Below are positions 9,587 through 20,272 of a stretch of 52,167 nucleotides of DNA, in pieces. Made by a program: the position numbers and the translations under genes. This DNA comes from Nanobdellati archaeon (GTDB lineage Archaea; EX4484-52; WAPT01), in the NCBI GenBank assembly GCA_015520605.1, contig WAPT01000020.1, positions 1 through 52,167 on the forward strand, given 5' to 3'. The notes under the pieces were generated by a model. The model ran no database searches. It worked only from the letters and a program-made list of their open reading frames with translations, and was not told the DNA's origin. Every line of letters starts with the position of its first letter. Within the stretch, counting starts at the first letter, position 1.

Positions 9587-12235
9587 ATGAACTGGCATGC
9601 AAAGGAATGGAAAGATGTTGTCAAAGAGCTTGAAACCGATGAAAAGAGAGGGCTCAGTGAGAGGGAAGCCAGAAAGCGTCTCGAGAAGTACGGAAAAAAT
9701 GTTGTAGAGGTGGGGAGTAAAATAAACCCCCTCAGGATCCTGCTGGAGCAGTTCACAAGCCCTCTCGTTTTGCTTCTGATGGAAGCTGCCATCATTTCCT
9801 ATCTTGTCGGAGGTAGCGAAAACAAAGCAGAGGTTGTTCTTATTCTCTCGATCGTCATCGCCAACGGAATTTTCGGTTTCGTACAGGATTATAAGGCAGA
9901 GAGGAGTATGGAAGCTCTTCGCAAGATGATGACCACAAAAGCAAAGGTTATAAGAGGTGGTAAGGTTGTTGAGATTAATGCAGATGATGTTGTGGTTGGA
10001 GACATAATTCTGCTTGAGGAAGGAGACAAGGCGCCTGCTGACGCAAGGATAATCGAGTGCAAAAATCTGATCGTTAACGAGTCCATACTTACGGGAGAGA
10101 GTGTTGGTGTGGAGAAGACCGCTGAAAAGATTGAAGAAAACACACCCCTTGCTGAAAGGAGGAACATGGTCTTTGCCAACACGTTTGTGGAGAGAGGAAG
10201 GGCAAAAGCTGTTGTGGTCGCTACAGGAATGAACACGGAGTTCGGTAAGATTGCAAAAGAGGTTGCTGAAGCCGAGAAGCCTCCCACTCCGTTTGAAGCT
10301 GAACTCGCCTCCCTCGGCAGGAAAATATCGACGATTGTTCTCGTACTTATAGCAATTGTATTTGCCATGCAGATGATATTCGAACACCTCAGTATTCTGG
10401 AAGCGTTGATGGTCGCAATTGCTCTTGCGGTGGCGGCAGTTCCAGAAGGTCTGCCGGCTGTGGTTACTATAGCGCTTGCTCTCGGCACGAGCAGGATGGT
10501 TAAGCAGAATGCTCTTGCGAGAAGACTTTCTGTTGTGGAGTCTTTGGGCTCTGTCAATGTGATCTGTACGGATAAAACGGGCACGCTAACAGAAAACAGG
10601 ATGACTGCACGCACAATCTTTGCGGGCTTTGAGACCTTCGGGGTTACGGGAGTGGGCCACGAGACAAAAGGCGAGATATTGAAATACGGTGCTAAGATAA
10701 GCGTGAAGTCCTTCAAACCGCTGAAAATGTGCATACTGTGTGGAGCGCTTTGCAACGATTCTAATGTAAGGGTAAGGGATGATGGTGGTGTGGAGACAAG
10801 GGGAGACGCAACGGAAATAGCTCTCAAGATCCTTGCAATAAAGGCCGGAGTTTCCTTTGAATACCCGAGGCTGGACGAGGTACCTTTTTCCTCCGAAAGA
10901 AAGATGATGTCCACCCTCAACAGAGTTGGCGATAAAGTTTTGCTGTTTGTTAAGGGAGCTCCCGAAGTTGTTGTTGGGAGATGCTCAAAGTTGATGAAAG
11001 ATAACCGCGTTTTTAATATGAATGGAAAGGAAAGAGAAACCATACTTAAGAAGAATGATGAGATGGCCTCCAGAGGTCTGAGAGTTCTCGCGATGGCTTA
11101 TAAGGAAATGGAACCGAACACAGTGAAGGTAAGCGAGAATGATGAGAAAGATCTGATTTTCCTCGGGCTTGTGGGAATGATAGACCCGCCACGCAAAGAA
11201 GTGCCGGAAGCGGTTAAAATAGCTAAAAGAGCGGGTATCAGAGTGATAATGATAACAGGAGATAACATTCTAACCGCCAAAGCCATAGCTAAGGAGGTGG
11301 GAATAGAAGGCGATGCGATAGAGTGTTGGAAGCTCGACAGCATGAGTGAGGATGAGTTCAGGAGAGCAGTAAGGAGTTGCAACATTTTTGCAAGAGCATC
11401 ACCCCACCACAAGGTTATGATACTCAAAGCTCTACAAGAGGATGGGAACATAGTTGCCATGACGGGGGATGGAGTTAACGATGCCCCCGCTCTGAAGAGT
11501 GCTGACGTTGGCATAGCGATGGGTATCAGAGGCACCGAGGTTAGCAGAGCCGCTTCGGATCTTGTTCTTCTGGATGATAACTTTGCCACAATAGTGAATG
11601 CCATAAAGGAGGGTAGAACGATTTTTCTCAACATAAGGAAATTCGTGAACTACCTCCTCTCTGCAAACCTTGCAGAAGTGCTGACTGTCTTTATCCTTTC
11701 CCTAAAAGGATTTCTCGCTCTTACGCCCGTGCAGCTGCTCTGGATAAATCTGCTGACCGATGGCTTTCCCGCTCTGGCTCTTGGTGCGGATCCCGCTCCG
11801 GCTGAGATAATGAAGCGAAAGCCCAAGAAAAAAGGAGAGGGTGTAATAACAAAACCCGTTATGGCAAGCATAGCGGTTACGGGCCTGCTGCTTACATTTG
11901 CGCTTGTAGCGGTATTTTTCCTTGGACTGTCGAAAAACATAATATACGCTCAGACCATGCTCTTCACGGCCTTTGTGTTCTATGAGTTCGTGAGGATCGG
12001 TGTCATAAGGAAGCACGACAATCTTACTTTCTTCTCCAATAAATGGCTCGTGATTGCGCTGTTTTTTGCTATCACCCTCCAGTTCGCTGTGGTTTATACA
12101 CATCTCGGCAGGTATTTTGGCGTTGTTCCTCTATCCATCAAAGACATAGCGCTCCTGATAATCCTCGGACTCGTCCTTTACATTGTGAATGTGTTCCTCG
12201 ATAGAATCGTGTGGAAAAATGTAAGAGAATGTTGA
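9587..12235 (+). CDS. P-type cation-transporting ATPase, type IIA (Ca2+-like)
   Basis: LTGES, PEGLP, DKTGT, KGAPE, TGDGVND and LLWINLLTDGFPA motifs. Confidence 0.95.
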   Translation: MNWHAKEWKDVVKELETDEKRGLSEREARKRLEKYGKNVVEVGSKINPLRILLEQFTSPLVLLLMEAAIISYLVGGSENKAEVVLILSIVIANGIFGFVQDYKAERSMEALRKMMTTKAKVIRGGKVVEINADDVVVGDIILLEEGDKAPADARIIECKNLIVNESILTGESVGVEKTAEKIEENTPLAERRNMVFANTFVERGRAKAVVVATGMNTEFGKIAKEVAEAEKPPTPFEAELASLGRKISTIVLVLIAIVFAMQMIFEHLSILEALMVAIALAVAAVPEGLPAVVTIALALGTSRMVKQNALARRLSVVESLGSVNVICTDKTGTLTENRMTARTIFAGFETFGVTGVGHETKGEILKYGAKISVKSFKPLKMCILCGALCNDSNVRVRDDGGVETRGDATEIALKILAIKAGVSFEYPRLDEVPFSSERKMMSTLNRVGDKVLLFVKGAPEVVVGRCSKLMKDNRVFNMNGKERETILKKNDEMASRGLRVLAMAYKEMEPNTVKVSENDEKDLIFLGLVGMIDPPRKEVPEAVKIAKRAGIRVIMITGDNILTAKAIAKEVGIEGDAIECWKLDSMSEDEFRRAVRSCNIFARASPHHKVMILKALQEDGNIVAMTGDGVNDAPALKSADVGIAMGIRGTEVSRAASDLVLLDDNFATIVNAIKEGRTIFLNIRKFVNYLLSANLAEVLTVFILSLKGFLALTPVQLLWINLLTDGFPALALGADPAPAEIMKRKPKKKGEGVITKPVMASIAVTGLLLTFALVAVFFLGLSKNIIYAQTMLFTAFVFYEFVRIGVIRKHDNLTFFSNKWLVIALFFAITLQFAVVYTHLGRYFGVVPLSIKDIALLIILGLVLYIVNVFLDRIVWKNVREC

Positions 12236-12342
12236 GTTAAAACAATTTTTTGATAACTGCAAAAAATACTGCAACAAAGAGTTTGAGAAATAGTTCCGGA
12301 TAAAAATACAATATTAGAGAAAGAGGGCGAGTGTTTTAATCC

Positions 12343-12801
12343 TCAGCTCTGCACCAGAATCTTGGCCTTCTCTGGATCATACTTCCATCCAGCGGGTAGC
12401 TTGCCCTTCCTTACGTAGTAATCGGCAAGTCTCCTTATCTTGGACTCGAGAAGCATGAGAGCATGTTTTGACCTCGTATCCTTCTTGTTTTTCTCAACAT
12501 GCTTGTGGAGGTTCACAGCTCTTCGCAGAAGATTAAGGAAATCTTCTGGGATCTCGGACGCAAGCTCCCTCTCCTCCAATATCTTGGTCATCTTCTTTCC
12601 AACAACATCTTTCACGCTGGTTATTCCGTACTGGTCACGCAGGATGAGACCTATCTGAGCAGCGCTATATCCCTGCTTCCTTAACTTCTCAACCAAAGCC
12701 ACAACTTCCTCCGGCTTGTAGTCAATCCAAGGTGGCTTGCCCTTCCTGGGTGGCCTGTGGCTTCCGGATTTACCCCGTCTCCTTGCATACATCCTTGCCA
12801 A
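12343..12801 (-). CDS. rps15: 30S ribosomal protein S15 (uS15/S13e)
   Basis: [34 protein letters not shown]; probable TTG start after a GGTGA SD. Confidence 0.97.
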   Translation of the reverse strand: MARMYARRRGKSGSHRPPRKGKPPWIDYKPEEVVALVEKLRKQGYSAAQIGLILRDQYGITSVKDVVGKKMTKILEERELASEIPEDFLNLLRRAVNLHKHVEKNKKDTRSKHALMLLESKIRRLADYYVRKGKLPAGWKYDPEKAKILVQS

Positions 12802-12856
12802 GAGGATCACCACATAACATTAAATTTACGATGCTTTAATTACAGCAGTAAGTTTT

Positions 12857-13417
12857 TTAAGCTTTATTACACTTCTCCTCCTTCTCTACAAGCTTTCTGT
12901 AAGCTCTTCTTAGAGCTTCCCTTACTCTACTTCTGTTCTTGCGAAAGCTCCCCTCAAGCATGGCAGCAGCTCTCTTTATGCTTCCTGCTTGCAGGTACAA
13001 CTCCAGAAGTTTTTTCTCCTCCTCCTTAAGCTGGAGTTTCCCAAGAGCTTTTTCAGCTATTCTTTTAAGATCTCTTTCACCGTAGTAGAGTGCTTCAGGT
13101 CTTGCTGTCTTTCTAAAGGGGAAGAGCTCGAACTTTATTACATAAACTTCATCGGGAAGCGTTCCATAGTGCTGGAGGAGCTCGCTTCTCAACTCCTCCA
13201 CGGTGTTGAAGCCATCAAGCATTGCATCCTCCTTATCGAGTTCTTTAACCTTCTTCTTAACAACTTCCAGAATTCTTGCTTCTCCTATTATCTCCCCACC
13301 AGAGTGAACAAGTACTGTATCTCCCTTCTTCAGATTCGTTCTCACCCTCACCGTCGCTTTCTTTCTGCCCGATAACAAAGCCTCTCTGTACTTTCCCTTG
13401 AATTCAAGATGCTTCAT
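12857..13417 (-). CDS. ASCH domain (PUA-like RNA-binding) protein with a C-terminal helical extension
   Basis: LEFKGKYREALLSGRKKATVR and DAMLDGF signatures. Confidence 0.85.
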   Translation of the reverse strand: MKHLEFKGKYREALLSGRKKATVRVRTNLKKGDTVLVHSGGEIIGEARILEVVKKKVKELDKEDAMLDGFNTVEELRSELLQHYGTLPDEVYVIKFELFPFRKTARPEALYYGERDLKRIAEKALGKLQLKEEEKKLLELYLQAGSIKRAAAMLEGSFRKNRSRVREALRRAYRKLVEKEEKCNKA

Positions 13418-13464
13418 GTTTTAACACCCACCTAAATTAAAATTTGAGTCAAAATTAAGAAGTT

Positions 13465-15036
13465 ATGATAGCCAGCATGAAGGAAGCTGTTGGGGAGCTT
13501 GTTCAACTCGTAAAATCCGGTAAAATTAGGAGTAAGAGTGAGCTTGAGGACTTCAAAAAGAGACTCAGCAAGAAGTACGGGCTTGAAAGGCTGCCAAGGA
13601 ACTCCGAGATCCTGCAGGCTTTGAGTCCAGAGGAGAGGGATAAATTCCTGCATATCCTGCTTAAAAGACCTGTCAGAAGCGCTTCCGGTGTTGTTGTTGT
13701 GGCTGTCATGACCCCACCAGCAAACTGCCCAGGTAAGTGCATCTATTGTCCTCAGGGTAGGAACGCACCGAAAAGCTACACCGGATATGAGCCTGCAACC
13801 ATGCGGGCCAAGCGTCTGGATTATGATGCTTACTCTCAGGTCAAATACAGGCTAAAGCAACTAGAGGCCACGGGGCATTCCGCTGAAAAAGTTGAGCTGA
13901 TTTTGATGGGCGGTACCTTTCCAGCTCTGCCGGAAGATGTGCAGGTAAGCTTTGTGAAAAGGTGTTTTGACGCTCTTAACGGAGTGGATGCATCCAGCCT
14001 GAAAGAAGCGCACAGGATTAATGAGAGAGCAAAACACAGATGCGTTGCTCTTACCATAGAAACAAGGCCAGATTACTGCATGGAAAGGCACATAGACTTG
14101 ATGCTCGAGATGGGCACAACAAGGGTTGAGCTGGGAGTGCAAAGTCTAAACGAGGAGGTGCTCGAGCTTGTAAGGAGAGGGCATGGCGTGGAGGGAGTAA
14201 TAAAATCGACGCAGCTCCTCAAAGATGCTGGCCTGAAAGTATGCTACCACATAATGCCCGGTCTGTTTCAAAGCCCTGAAGAAGATATCCGGATGTTCAG
14301 GAGACTGTTCAGCGATGAAAAATTCATGCCGGACATGCTCAAGATCTATCCTGTGCTTGTAGTTGAAGGCACAGAGCTTTATGATATGTGGAAAAGAGGG
14401 GAGTTCAAGCCCCTCAGCAGCGAGGAGGCTGCAGATCTCATAGCTGAGATTAAGAGGTTTGTCCCTCCGTGGTGCAGGATAATGCGCGTTCAGAGAGACA
14501 TTCCCGCAAATCTGATAGTGGATGGTGTGAAAGCCAGTAATTTAAGGGAGCTTGCGTGGAAAAAAGCGAGCAAGAAAGGAATAAGATGCAGGTGTATAAG
14601 GTGTAGGGAAGCAGGGCATCGATTCTACAAAGACGGAATTATGCCGGAAAATCCGGAGATCGAGGTGAGAAAATACAGGGCATCCGGAGGCACGGAGTTC
14701 TTCATAAGTTACGAGGATGTTGAGCTTGATGTTTTGCTTGGATTCTGCAGGCTGCGCTTCCCGTACAAACCGATCAGAGATGAGCTGAAGGAAGGCACAG
14801 CTATTGTAAGAGAATTGAAGGTCTTCGGCTCCTCTCTCCCACTAGGAAAGAGAAGCAGTCTCAGCTTCCAGCATAGAGGGGTAGGGGCTATGCTGCTCCG
14901 CATGGCTGAAGAAATAGCAAGTGAAAACGGGTTTGAAAGGCTTGCTGTCATCTCAGCAGTAGGCACAAGAGAGTATTACCGAAAGCTGGGTTATGAGCTT
15001 GATGGTGTATACATGATTAAGAAGCTTGATAGTTAA
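13465..15036 (+). CDS. elp3: tRNA uridine(34) acetyltransferase Elp3 (radical SAM + KAT)
   Basis: CPGKCIYCP, ETRPD, VELGVQS, CIRCRE, RELKVFG and QHRGVG motifs. Confidence 0.97.
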   Translation: MIASMKEAVGELVQLVKSGKIRSKSELEDFKKRLSKKYGLERLPRNSEILQALSPEERDKFLHILLKRPVRSASGVVVVAVMTPPANCPGKCIYCPQGRNAPKSYTGYEPATMRAKRLDYDAYSQVKYRLKQLEATGHSAEKVELILMGGTFPALPEDVQVSFVKRCFDALNGVDASSLKEAHRINERAKHRCVALTIETRPDYCMERHIDLMLEMGTTRVELGVQSLNEEVLELVRRGHGVEGVIKSTQLLKDAGLKVCYHIMPGLFQSPEEDIRMFRRLFSDEKFMPDMLKIYPVLVVEGTELYDMWKRGEFKPLSSEEAADLIAEIKRFVPPWCRIMRVQRDIPANLIVDGVKASNLRELAWKKASKKGIRCRCIRCREAGHRFYKDGIMPENPEIEVRKYRASGGTEFFISYEDVELDVLLGFCRLRFPYKPIRDELKEGTAIVRELKVFGSSLPLGKRSSLSFQHRGVGAMLLRMAEEIASENGFERLAVISAVGTREYYRKLGYELDGVYMIKKLDS

Positions 15037-15134
15037 TTTGGTTATTTCGGCGCTTGTGGTCGGGACAAATTTTTTAAGTTTTTTGCCAATCATTTTGGAC
15101 GTAATATAATATTAGTTACTGATTGGGTGTTATT

Positions 15135-15818
15135 ATGAAATATACGGATAAAGTGGAAAAAAGTCTTAGAGAAACCGTAAATAAAAAGTGGAAAGAGTTT
15201 AAATATAACAAGTGGAAAGAGTTTAAATATAACCAAAAAAACAAAAATAATCCCTCTTCTTATTCCAATCATAACAGTCAGCACATAAGTGAAGAAAGCA
15301 GCTCTGCCAAAAAATGTGGAATACTCCGCAATTCCAGGGGTGTATACACTTTTCAGGATAACACGCGGATATGGTGTGTGAAAAGAATAAAGGAGGGTCA
15401 ACAAGGTCTTGTAGTTGAGATTCTGTGCAGGAAGTATGGTGATCACTCTGCACCATGGTTCGGAATAAGAATAGAGGAAACCGAACTGGGCTATGTTCCT
15501 ACCTACGTTTATCTTGACAGGAAATCAATTAAGATAGATCCTGCGAGTTACCCATGTCATCCGGGCAGATATCAAGACATGCAGGAGATCTATGAGGAAA
15601 TTGCCAAAAACGTTGAAGGGATGTGCAAACGCAATGCAATAGAAGATATAGATGCTGATAAGGTTTTATTTTTCATTGTGGAAGGTAAGAAATACCTTCT
15701 GAAACACGCAGATGAAACTTTAAAACATGACCCGGAGCTGAGTCCGGAAGAGAGGAAAACGAAGATGGATGAATGGAAGGAGCGAGTGTGGTTTTTGGAG
15801 AGCAGACTTCTGAAATGA
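15135..15818 (+). CDS. Hypothetical protein (accessory, AT-rich 5' part)
   Basis: 227-aa ORF with a duplicated KWKEFKYN near the N-terminus; no family recognised. Confidence 0.7.
   Translation: MKYTDKVEKSLRETVNKKWKEFKYNKWKEFKYNQKNKNNPSSYSNHNSQHISEESSSAKKCGILRNSRGVYTFQDNTRIWCVKRIKEGQQGLVVEILCRKYGDHSAPWFGIRIEETELGYVPTYVYLDRKSIKIDPASYPCHPGRYQDMQEIYEEIAKNVEGMCKRNAIEDIDADKVLFFIVEGKKYLLKHADETLKHDPELSPEERKTKMDEWKERVWFLESRLLK
15186..15233 (+). repeat. Perfect 24-bp tandem duplication AAGTGGAAAGAGTTTAAATATAAC x2
   Basis: Read directly from the sequence. Confidence 0.95.
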
Positions 15819-16040
15819 GCTCAACACTCCCATGCTGCCGAAGGGGCTGTATCGATAACGGGTAAGTTTATTCTAAAGGGTCTGTATCTGAGAGCGTTCC
15901 AATAGACACAACCCTTCTGTTTTGTGAAATGGACAAGGTGTAAGGTACTTCGAATTATCATTTCTCGTTATTTATGTTATTATGACGCTATCTTCCAGAA
16001 AACTGAAACATTTAAAAAATTTATGCAAGGGTTCGATTGG

Positions 16041-16322
16041 ATGGAAAAGGAGTTTCTGAAAGAGTACGAAGAAATAAAAGAGGGTGAAAGCGAAGGAATA
16101 AGAATTAAGGGTAATTTATTATGCATTGGAGATTTCTCATTTGAGTTACCGCGATACGGTTATTTAACCCAAATGTGGCCTGACGATATGTGGTGGCCAA
16201 TAAAATGTTATACTGAAGCGACACTTGAGTCTGAAATAAGAAAAGCGAAACCTTTGTATGTGATTCATGAAGGCAAGCTGTACAAGAAAATTGTCGATGA
16301 GAATGTTGAAAATAACGACTAA
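16041..16322 (+). CDS. Small hypothetical protein (~93 aa)
   Basis: ATG 16041 lies ~30 nt after the TTTAAAAA box at 16011; acidic protein-like composition. Confidence 0.6.
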   Translation: MEKEFLKEYEEIKEGESEGIRIKGNLLCIGDFSFELPRYGYLTQMWPDDMWWPIKCYTEATLESEIRKAKPLYVIHEGKLYKKIVDENVENND

Positions 16323-16537
16323 AAATGAGTTTCTGTGGGTTGAGGAATCCCATCACAAATCCGTTTTATCCATTTCCTTCTTACATAATGCATTAATGAA
16401 AATGTGTCTGTAGTTTGAAAAATTTATCAGGACACCTCCTCTGCGGGCATTATCATTAATAAATTTTTTCCTCAATACACCTTATGATGTTGTCTGGTTT
16501 TCACTTTCCCTAGACTTGGGCTAAGCGGTGGGTTTGC

Positions 16538-18997
16538 ATGATTGAGATGCCAAAAAGATATGACCCTCATGAAGCGGAGAAGAAGTGGATGGAATACTGG
16601 GAAAAGGAAGGGATATTCAGATTTGATCCGAAGATAAAGGAGAGGGATAAAATTTTTGCGATAGATACACCTCCACCGACCGTTTCTGGCACGATACACA
16701 TGGGTCATGCTTTTGGCTTCTCTCAGGCAGATTTCATTGCTCGCTACAAAAAAATGAGAGGCTATAATCTTTTCTACCCGTTCGGGTATGATGACAACGG
16801 TCTTGCAACAGAACTCTTTGTCAGGAAGGTTAAGGGTGTGCTTCCAAGAGACATGAGCAGGGAAGAGTACGTTAATCTTGTTCTCGAAGTTACGGAAAAA
16901 GCGGAGAGGGAGTTCGAGAAGCTTTTCAAAAGGATGGCGATGGCCTTTGACTGGAACCTTGTCTACAGAACCATATCTCCGAAAGTGACTGAGATAAGCC
17001 AGCTGAGCTTTATAGAGCTCTACGAAATGGGTAGGGCTTACAGAAAGGAAGACGTAACCATCTGGTGCCCGTCATGCGAAACCGCTATAGCTCAGGTGGA
17101 GATGGAGGACAGAAAGGAGAGGACAAAACTCCATTATATAATGTTCGATGTCGAGGGTGGAGAGAGCATAACAATTGCCACCACCCGCCCAGAACTCATG
17201 CCAGCATGCGTTGCAATATATGTGCACCCGGAAGATGAGAGATACAAACACCTGATAGGAAAGAAAGCAAAGCTCCCCATCTTTGGTAGGGAAGTGCCCA
17301 TAATGGCAAACGAAGACGTTGATATGGAGTACGGAACCGGGGCTGTGTATCACTGTACCTTCGGAGATTATGCCGACATAGAATGGGCAAGAGCTTTTAA
17401 CACGGACATCATCATAGTTATAGATGAACAGGGCAGAATGAACGAGAAAGCGGGTAAGTATGCTGGCTTAACGGTGAGGGAGGCGAGGGAAAAGATAATT
17501 GAGGATCTAAAGAAAGAGGGTCGCGTGCTCAAGGAAGAGGATGTGGAACATGTCGTAAATGTGCACGAGAGGTGCGGAACTCCAATTGAGTTCCGTGTGA
17601 CAAAGCAGTGGTTCATAAGATACCTTGATCTCAGGGAAAAGTGGCTTGAGCTCGGCAGGGAGCTGAAGTGGTACCCTGAACACATGCGCACAAGATATGA
17701 AAACTGGGTCAAGGGTTTAAAATGGGATTGGTGCATCTCAAGGCAGCGCAAGTTTGGTGTGCCGTTCCCGGTGTGGTATTGCAAGGAGTGCGGAGAGATA
17801 ATAGTTGCGAAGAGGGAGCAGCTGCCCGTTGATCCGTTTAAGGATAATCCTCCTGAACCTTGTCCGAGGTGCGGAAGCACGGAGTTTATTCCCGAGCAGG
17901 ACGTTATGGACACATGGGCCACATCATCACTCACACCCCTCATAAACGCAGGGTGGGAAGGCGATGACAAAGGAGAGCTCATGCACATCATATACCCCAT
18001 GGATTTGAGACCGCAAGGTCACGACATAATTTCCTTCTGGCTCTTTAACACCGTGGTCAAGTGCTACCTCCACACGGGCAAACTACCGTGGAAGGCAACA
18101 ATGATAAACGGACACGCTCTCGATCCTCACGGCAGGAAGATGAGTAAATCCAAAGGCAATGTTATAGACCCCCGCGAGGTTATGGACAAGTATTGTGCTG
18201 ATGCGCTCAGATACTGGGCTTCCAGTACAAAGCTCGGCGATGACCTACCCTTCCAAGAAAAGGATGTGCAGACAGCAATGCAACTCATAAACAAGTTGTG
18301 GAATGCCTCACGTTTTGTTCTAAAGCATCTCGAGGATTACAGACCAGAAAGTAGCAGAGCGAGTGTGGTCAGAGCGGAGGATGCATGGATCCTCGCAAGG
18401 CTGAGCAAAGTTATAAAAGAAGTCACGGAGCTCTTTGAGGCTTACGAGTACGCTAAAGCGAGAAAGCTTACGGAACAGTTCTTCTGGTATGACCTCTGTG
18501 ACAATTATCTTGAGATGGTCAAGCAGAGGCTTTACAACAGGAACGCGTATAATGAAGAAGAAATAAGCAGCGCGCAATATTGCCTGTACCATTCCTTACT
18601 TGCGGTGCTGAAAATGCTTGCACCCATCATGCCCTACATCACGGAGGAGATCTATTCTTACTATTTCAGGGAGGTGGAAGGCAAGAGGAGCATTCACGAA
18701 TCCTGCTGGCCTTCTCCAGAACCTTGGTGGGAGAACGGAGAGGTTGAGCAGAAAGGTGATGTCATTGTATGTCTTCTCTCAGCTATAAGACAGTTCAAGA
18801 ACCGTAACAGAATGCCCCTCAATGCGGAAATAAAAGAGCTCGTACTTCCTGAGGAACTGAAAGCCGTGTGCAAAGAATTTGAACCCTGCATAATGGAGAC
18901 TGCAAAAGTTAAAAAAGTCACATATGGCGATGTTAGCTCATCCTCCTCCGTTCTGGAGGTAGAAGGGAAAGAATACCCCATAGAAATAAAGGTCTGA
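16538..18997 (+). CDS. valS: Valine--tRNA ligase
   Basis: DTPPPTVSG, HMGH, DWCISRQR and KMSKS motifs. Confidence 0.97.
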   Translation: MIEMPKRYDPHEAEKKWMEYWEKEGIFRFDPKIKERDKIFAIDTPPPTVSGTIHMGHAFGFSQADFIARYKKMRGYNLFYPFGYDDNGLATELFVRKVKGVLPRDMSREEYVNLVLEVTEKAEREFEKLFKRMAMAFDWNLVYRTISPKVTEISQLSFIELYEMGRAYRKEDVTIWCPSCETAIAQVEMEDRKERTKLHYIMFDVEGGESITIATTRPELMPACVAIYVHPEDERYKHLIGKKAKLPIFGREVPIMANEDVDMEYGTGAVYHCTFGDYADIEWARAFNTDIIIVIDEQGRMNEKAGKYAGLTVREAREKIIEDLKKEGRVLKEEDVEHVVNVHERCGTPIEFRVTKQWFIRYLDLREKWLELGRELKWYPEHMRTRYENWVKGLKWDWCISRQRKFGVPFPVWYCKECGEIIVAKREQLPVDPFKDNPPEPCPRCGSTEFIPEQDVMDTWATSSLTPLINAGWEGDDKGELMHIIYPMDLRPQGHDIISFWLFNTVVKCYLHTGKLPWKATMINGHALDPHGRKMSKSKGNVIDPREVMDKYCADALRYWASSTKLGDDLPFQEKDVQTAMQLINKLWNASRFVLKHLEDYRPESSRASVVRAEDAWILARLSKVIKEVTELFEAYEYAKARKLTEQFFWYDLCDNYLEMVKQRLYNRNAYNEEEISSAQYCLYHSLLAVLKMLAPIMPYITEEIYSYYFREVEGKRSIHESCWPSPEPWWENGEVEQKGDVIVCLLSAIRQFKNRNRMPLNAEIKELVLPEELKAVCKEFEPCIMETAKVKKVTYGDVSSSSSVLEVEGKEYPIEIKV

Positions 18998-19005
18998 TTC
19001 TGGAG

Positions 19006-20235
19006 GTGGTAATATTTAGCGAGATAGAACCAATAAGCAGGAAGGAGCTTAAGAATCTGCTTAACGAGTTGAGCAAAATCAGAGGTAGAGGCACACAGCT
19101 GGTTTCTGTTTACGTTCCAGCAGATTATAACATAAATGAAATTGCCAACATGATAGCATCTGAGATCAGCACCGCTGAAAACATAAAGTCCAAAACCACC
19201 AGGAAGAATGTCATAGCTGCACTTGAAAAAATAGCGCAGCGCCTGAAGTATTACACCAAGACTCCTGAAACCGGGCTGGTTATCTTTTGTGGCAATGTGG
19301 CTGAGAGAGAAGGAGAGACGGACTTGAGGCTGTGGGAAATCGTGCCTCCTGAGCCACTTAAAATCAGAGTCTACAGGTGCGATCAGAAGTTTGTTACCGA
19401 GCCTCTTCAGCACCTGGTGAGGGAAAAGGAGGTTTATGGTCTGATAACTGTGGATAAAAGCGAGGCGGCTGTGGGCTTCTTGAGAGGGAGCCACATACAG
19501 GTGTACAAAAAACTTGAATCTCTTGTGCCACCTAAAACGAAAGCCGGCGGACAATCAGCTCAGAGGTTTGAGCGTGTGAGGGAGGGTCTCTTGCTTTCTT
19601 TTCTGAAGGAAGTGGCAGAGGTTGCAGCATCAGCTTTCAGAGGTGAGGAAGATCTGAGGGGTATCCTGATCGGAGGGCCTGGCCCCATAAAGGAAAAGCT
19701 CGTTAACGAAATACTTCCGCAGGATCTGAAGGAGAAAGTGATAGCGATCAAGGACACCGGGTATTCGGGCACGGAAGCTCTTGAGGAACTTGTGGAAAGG
19801 GCTGAAGACGAGCTGAAGGATGCGAGAGTTTCAAAAGAGAAACAGATACTGAGGAAGTTCTTCCTCCAACTTGCTAAAGATACGGGCCTTGCAGTTTATG
19901 GACTGGAAGAAACCATAAACGCGCTGCAGATGGGAGCAGTTGAAACTCTGATAATCAGCGAGGATGCTCCTTACATGGCCATAAAAACTATCTGCCCTTC
20001 ATGCGGGCATGAAGAGGAGAAAATCCTGAAGAAAGGGGAAGAAGTGCCGTCTACCTGCCCCAAATGCCACTTTCAACTTCAGGTTGAGGAAATAATAATC
20101 GAGGATTATTTCCAGAAGATTGCGGAAAACTGGGGTACCGAGGTTGTTGTCGTATCCTCTTCAACTCAGGAGGGAGCGCAGTTTTTGAGTTTGGGAGGTG
20201 TAGGTGGGATTTTGAGGTATAGGCTTGAGAGTTAA
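19006..20235 (+). CDS. prf1: Peptide chain release factor aRF1
   Basis: NIKS, YRCD...F, GGQSAQRF and a C-terminal CxxC...CxxC ribbon. Confidence 0.97.
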   Translation: MVIFSEIEPISRKELKNLLNELSKIRGRGTQLVSVYVPADYNINEIANMIASEISTAENIKSKTTRKNVIAALEKIAQRLKYYTKTPETGLVIFCGNVAEREGETDLRLWEIVPPEPLKIRVYRCDQKFVTEPLQHLVREKEVYGLITVDKSEAAVGFLRGSHIQVYKKLESLVPPKTKAGGQSAQRFERVREGLLLSFLKEVAEVAASAFRGEEDLRGILIGGPGPIKEKLVNEILPQDLKEKVIAIKDTGYSGTEALEELVERAEDELKDARVSKEKQILRKFFLQLAKDTGLAVYGLEETINALQMGAVETLIISEDAPYMAIKTICPSCGHEEEKILKKGEEVPSTCPKCHFQLQVEEIIIEDYFQKIAENWGTEVVVVSSSTQEGAQFLSLGGVGGILRYRLES

Positions 20236-20272
20236 CCCGCTAATTAATGATTCCTTCTAACTAAGATCGTTA

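Noticed and set aside
9371-11634. Long minus-strand ORFs (338, 384 and 178 aa)
   Set aside because: Antisense shadows of the P-type ATPase; likewise for the long antisense ORFs over valS/prf1, pan and mvk.
15186-15233. CRISPR-like repeat
   Set aside because: Two adjacent copies with no spacer, in frame within a CDS; no cas genes.
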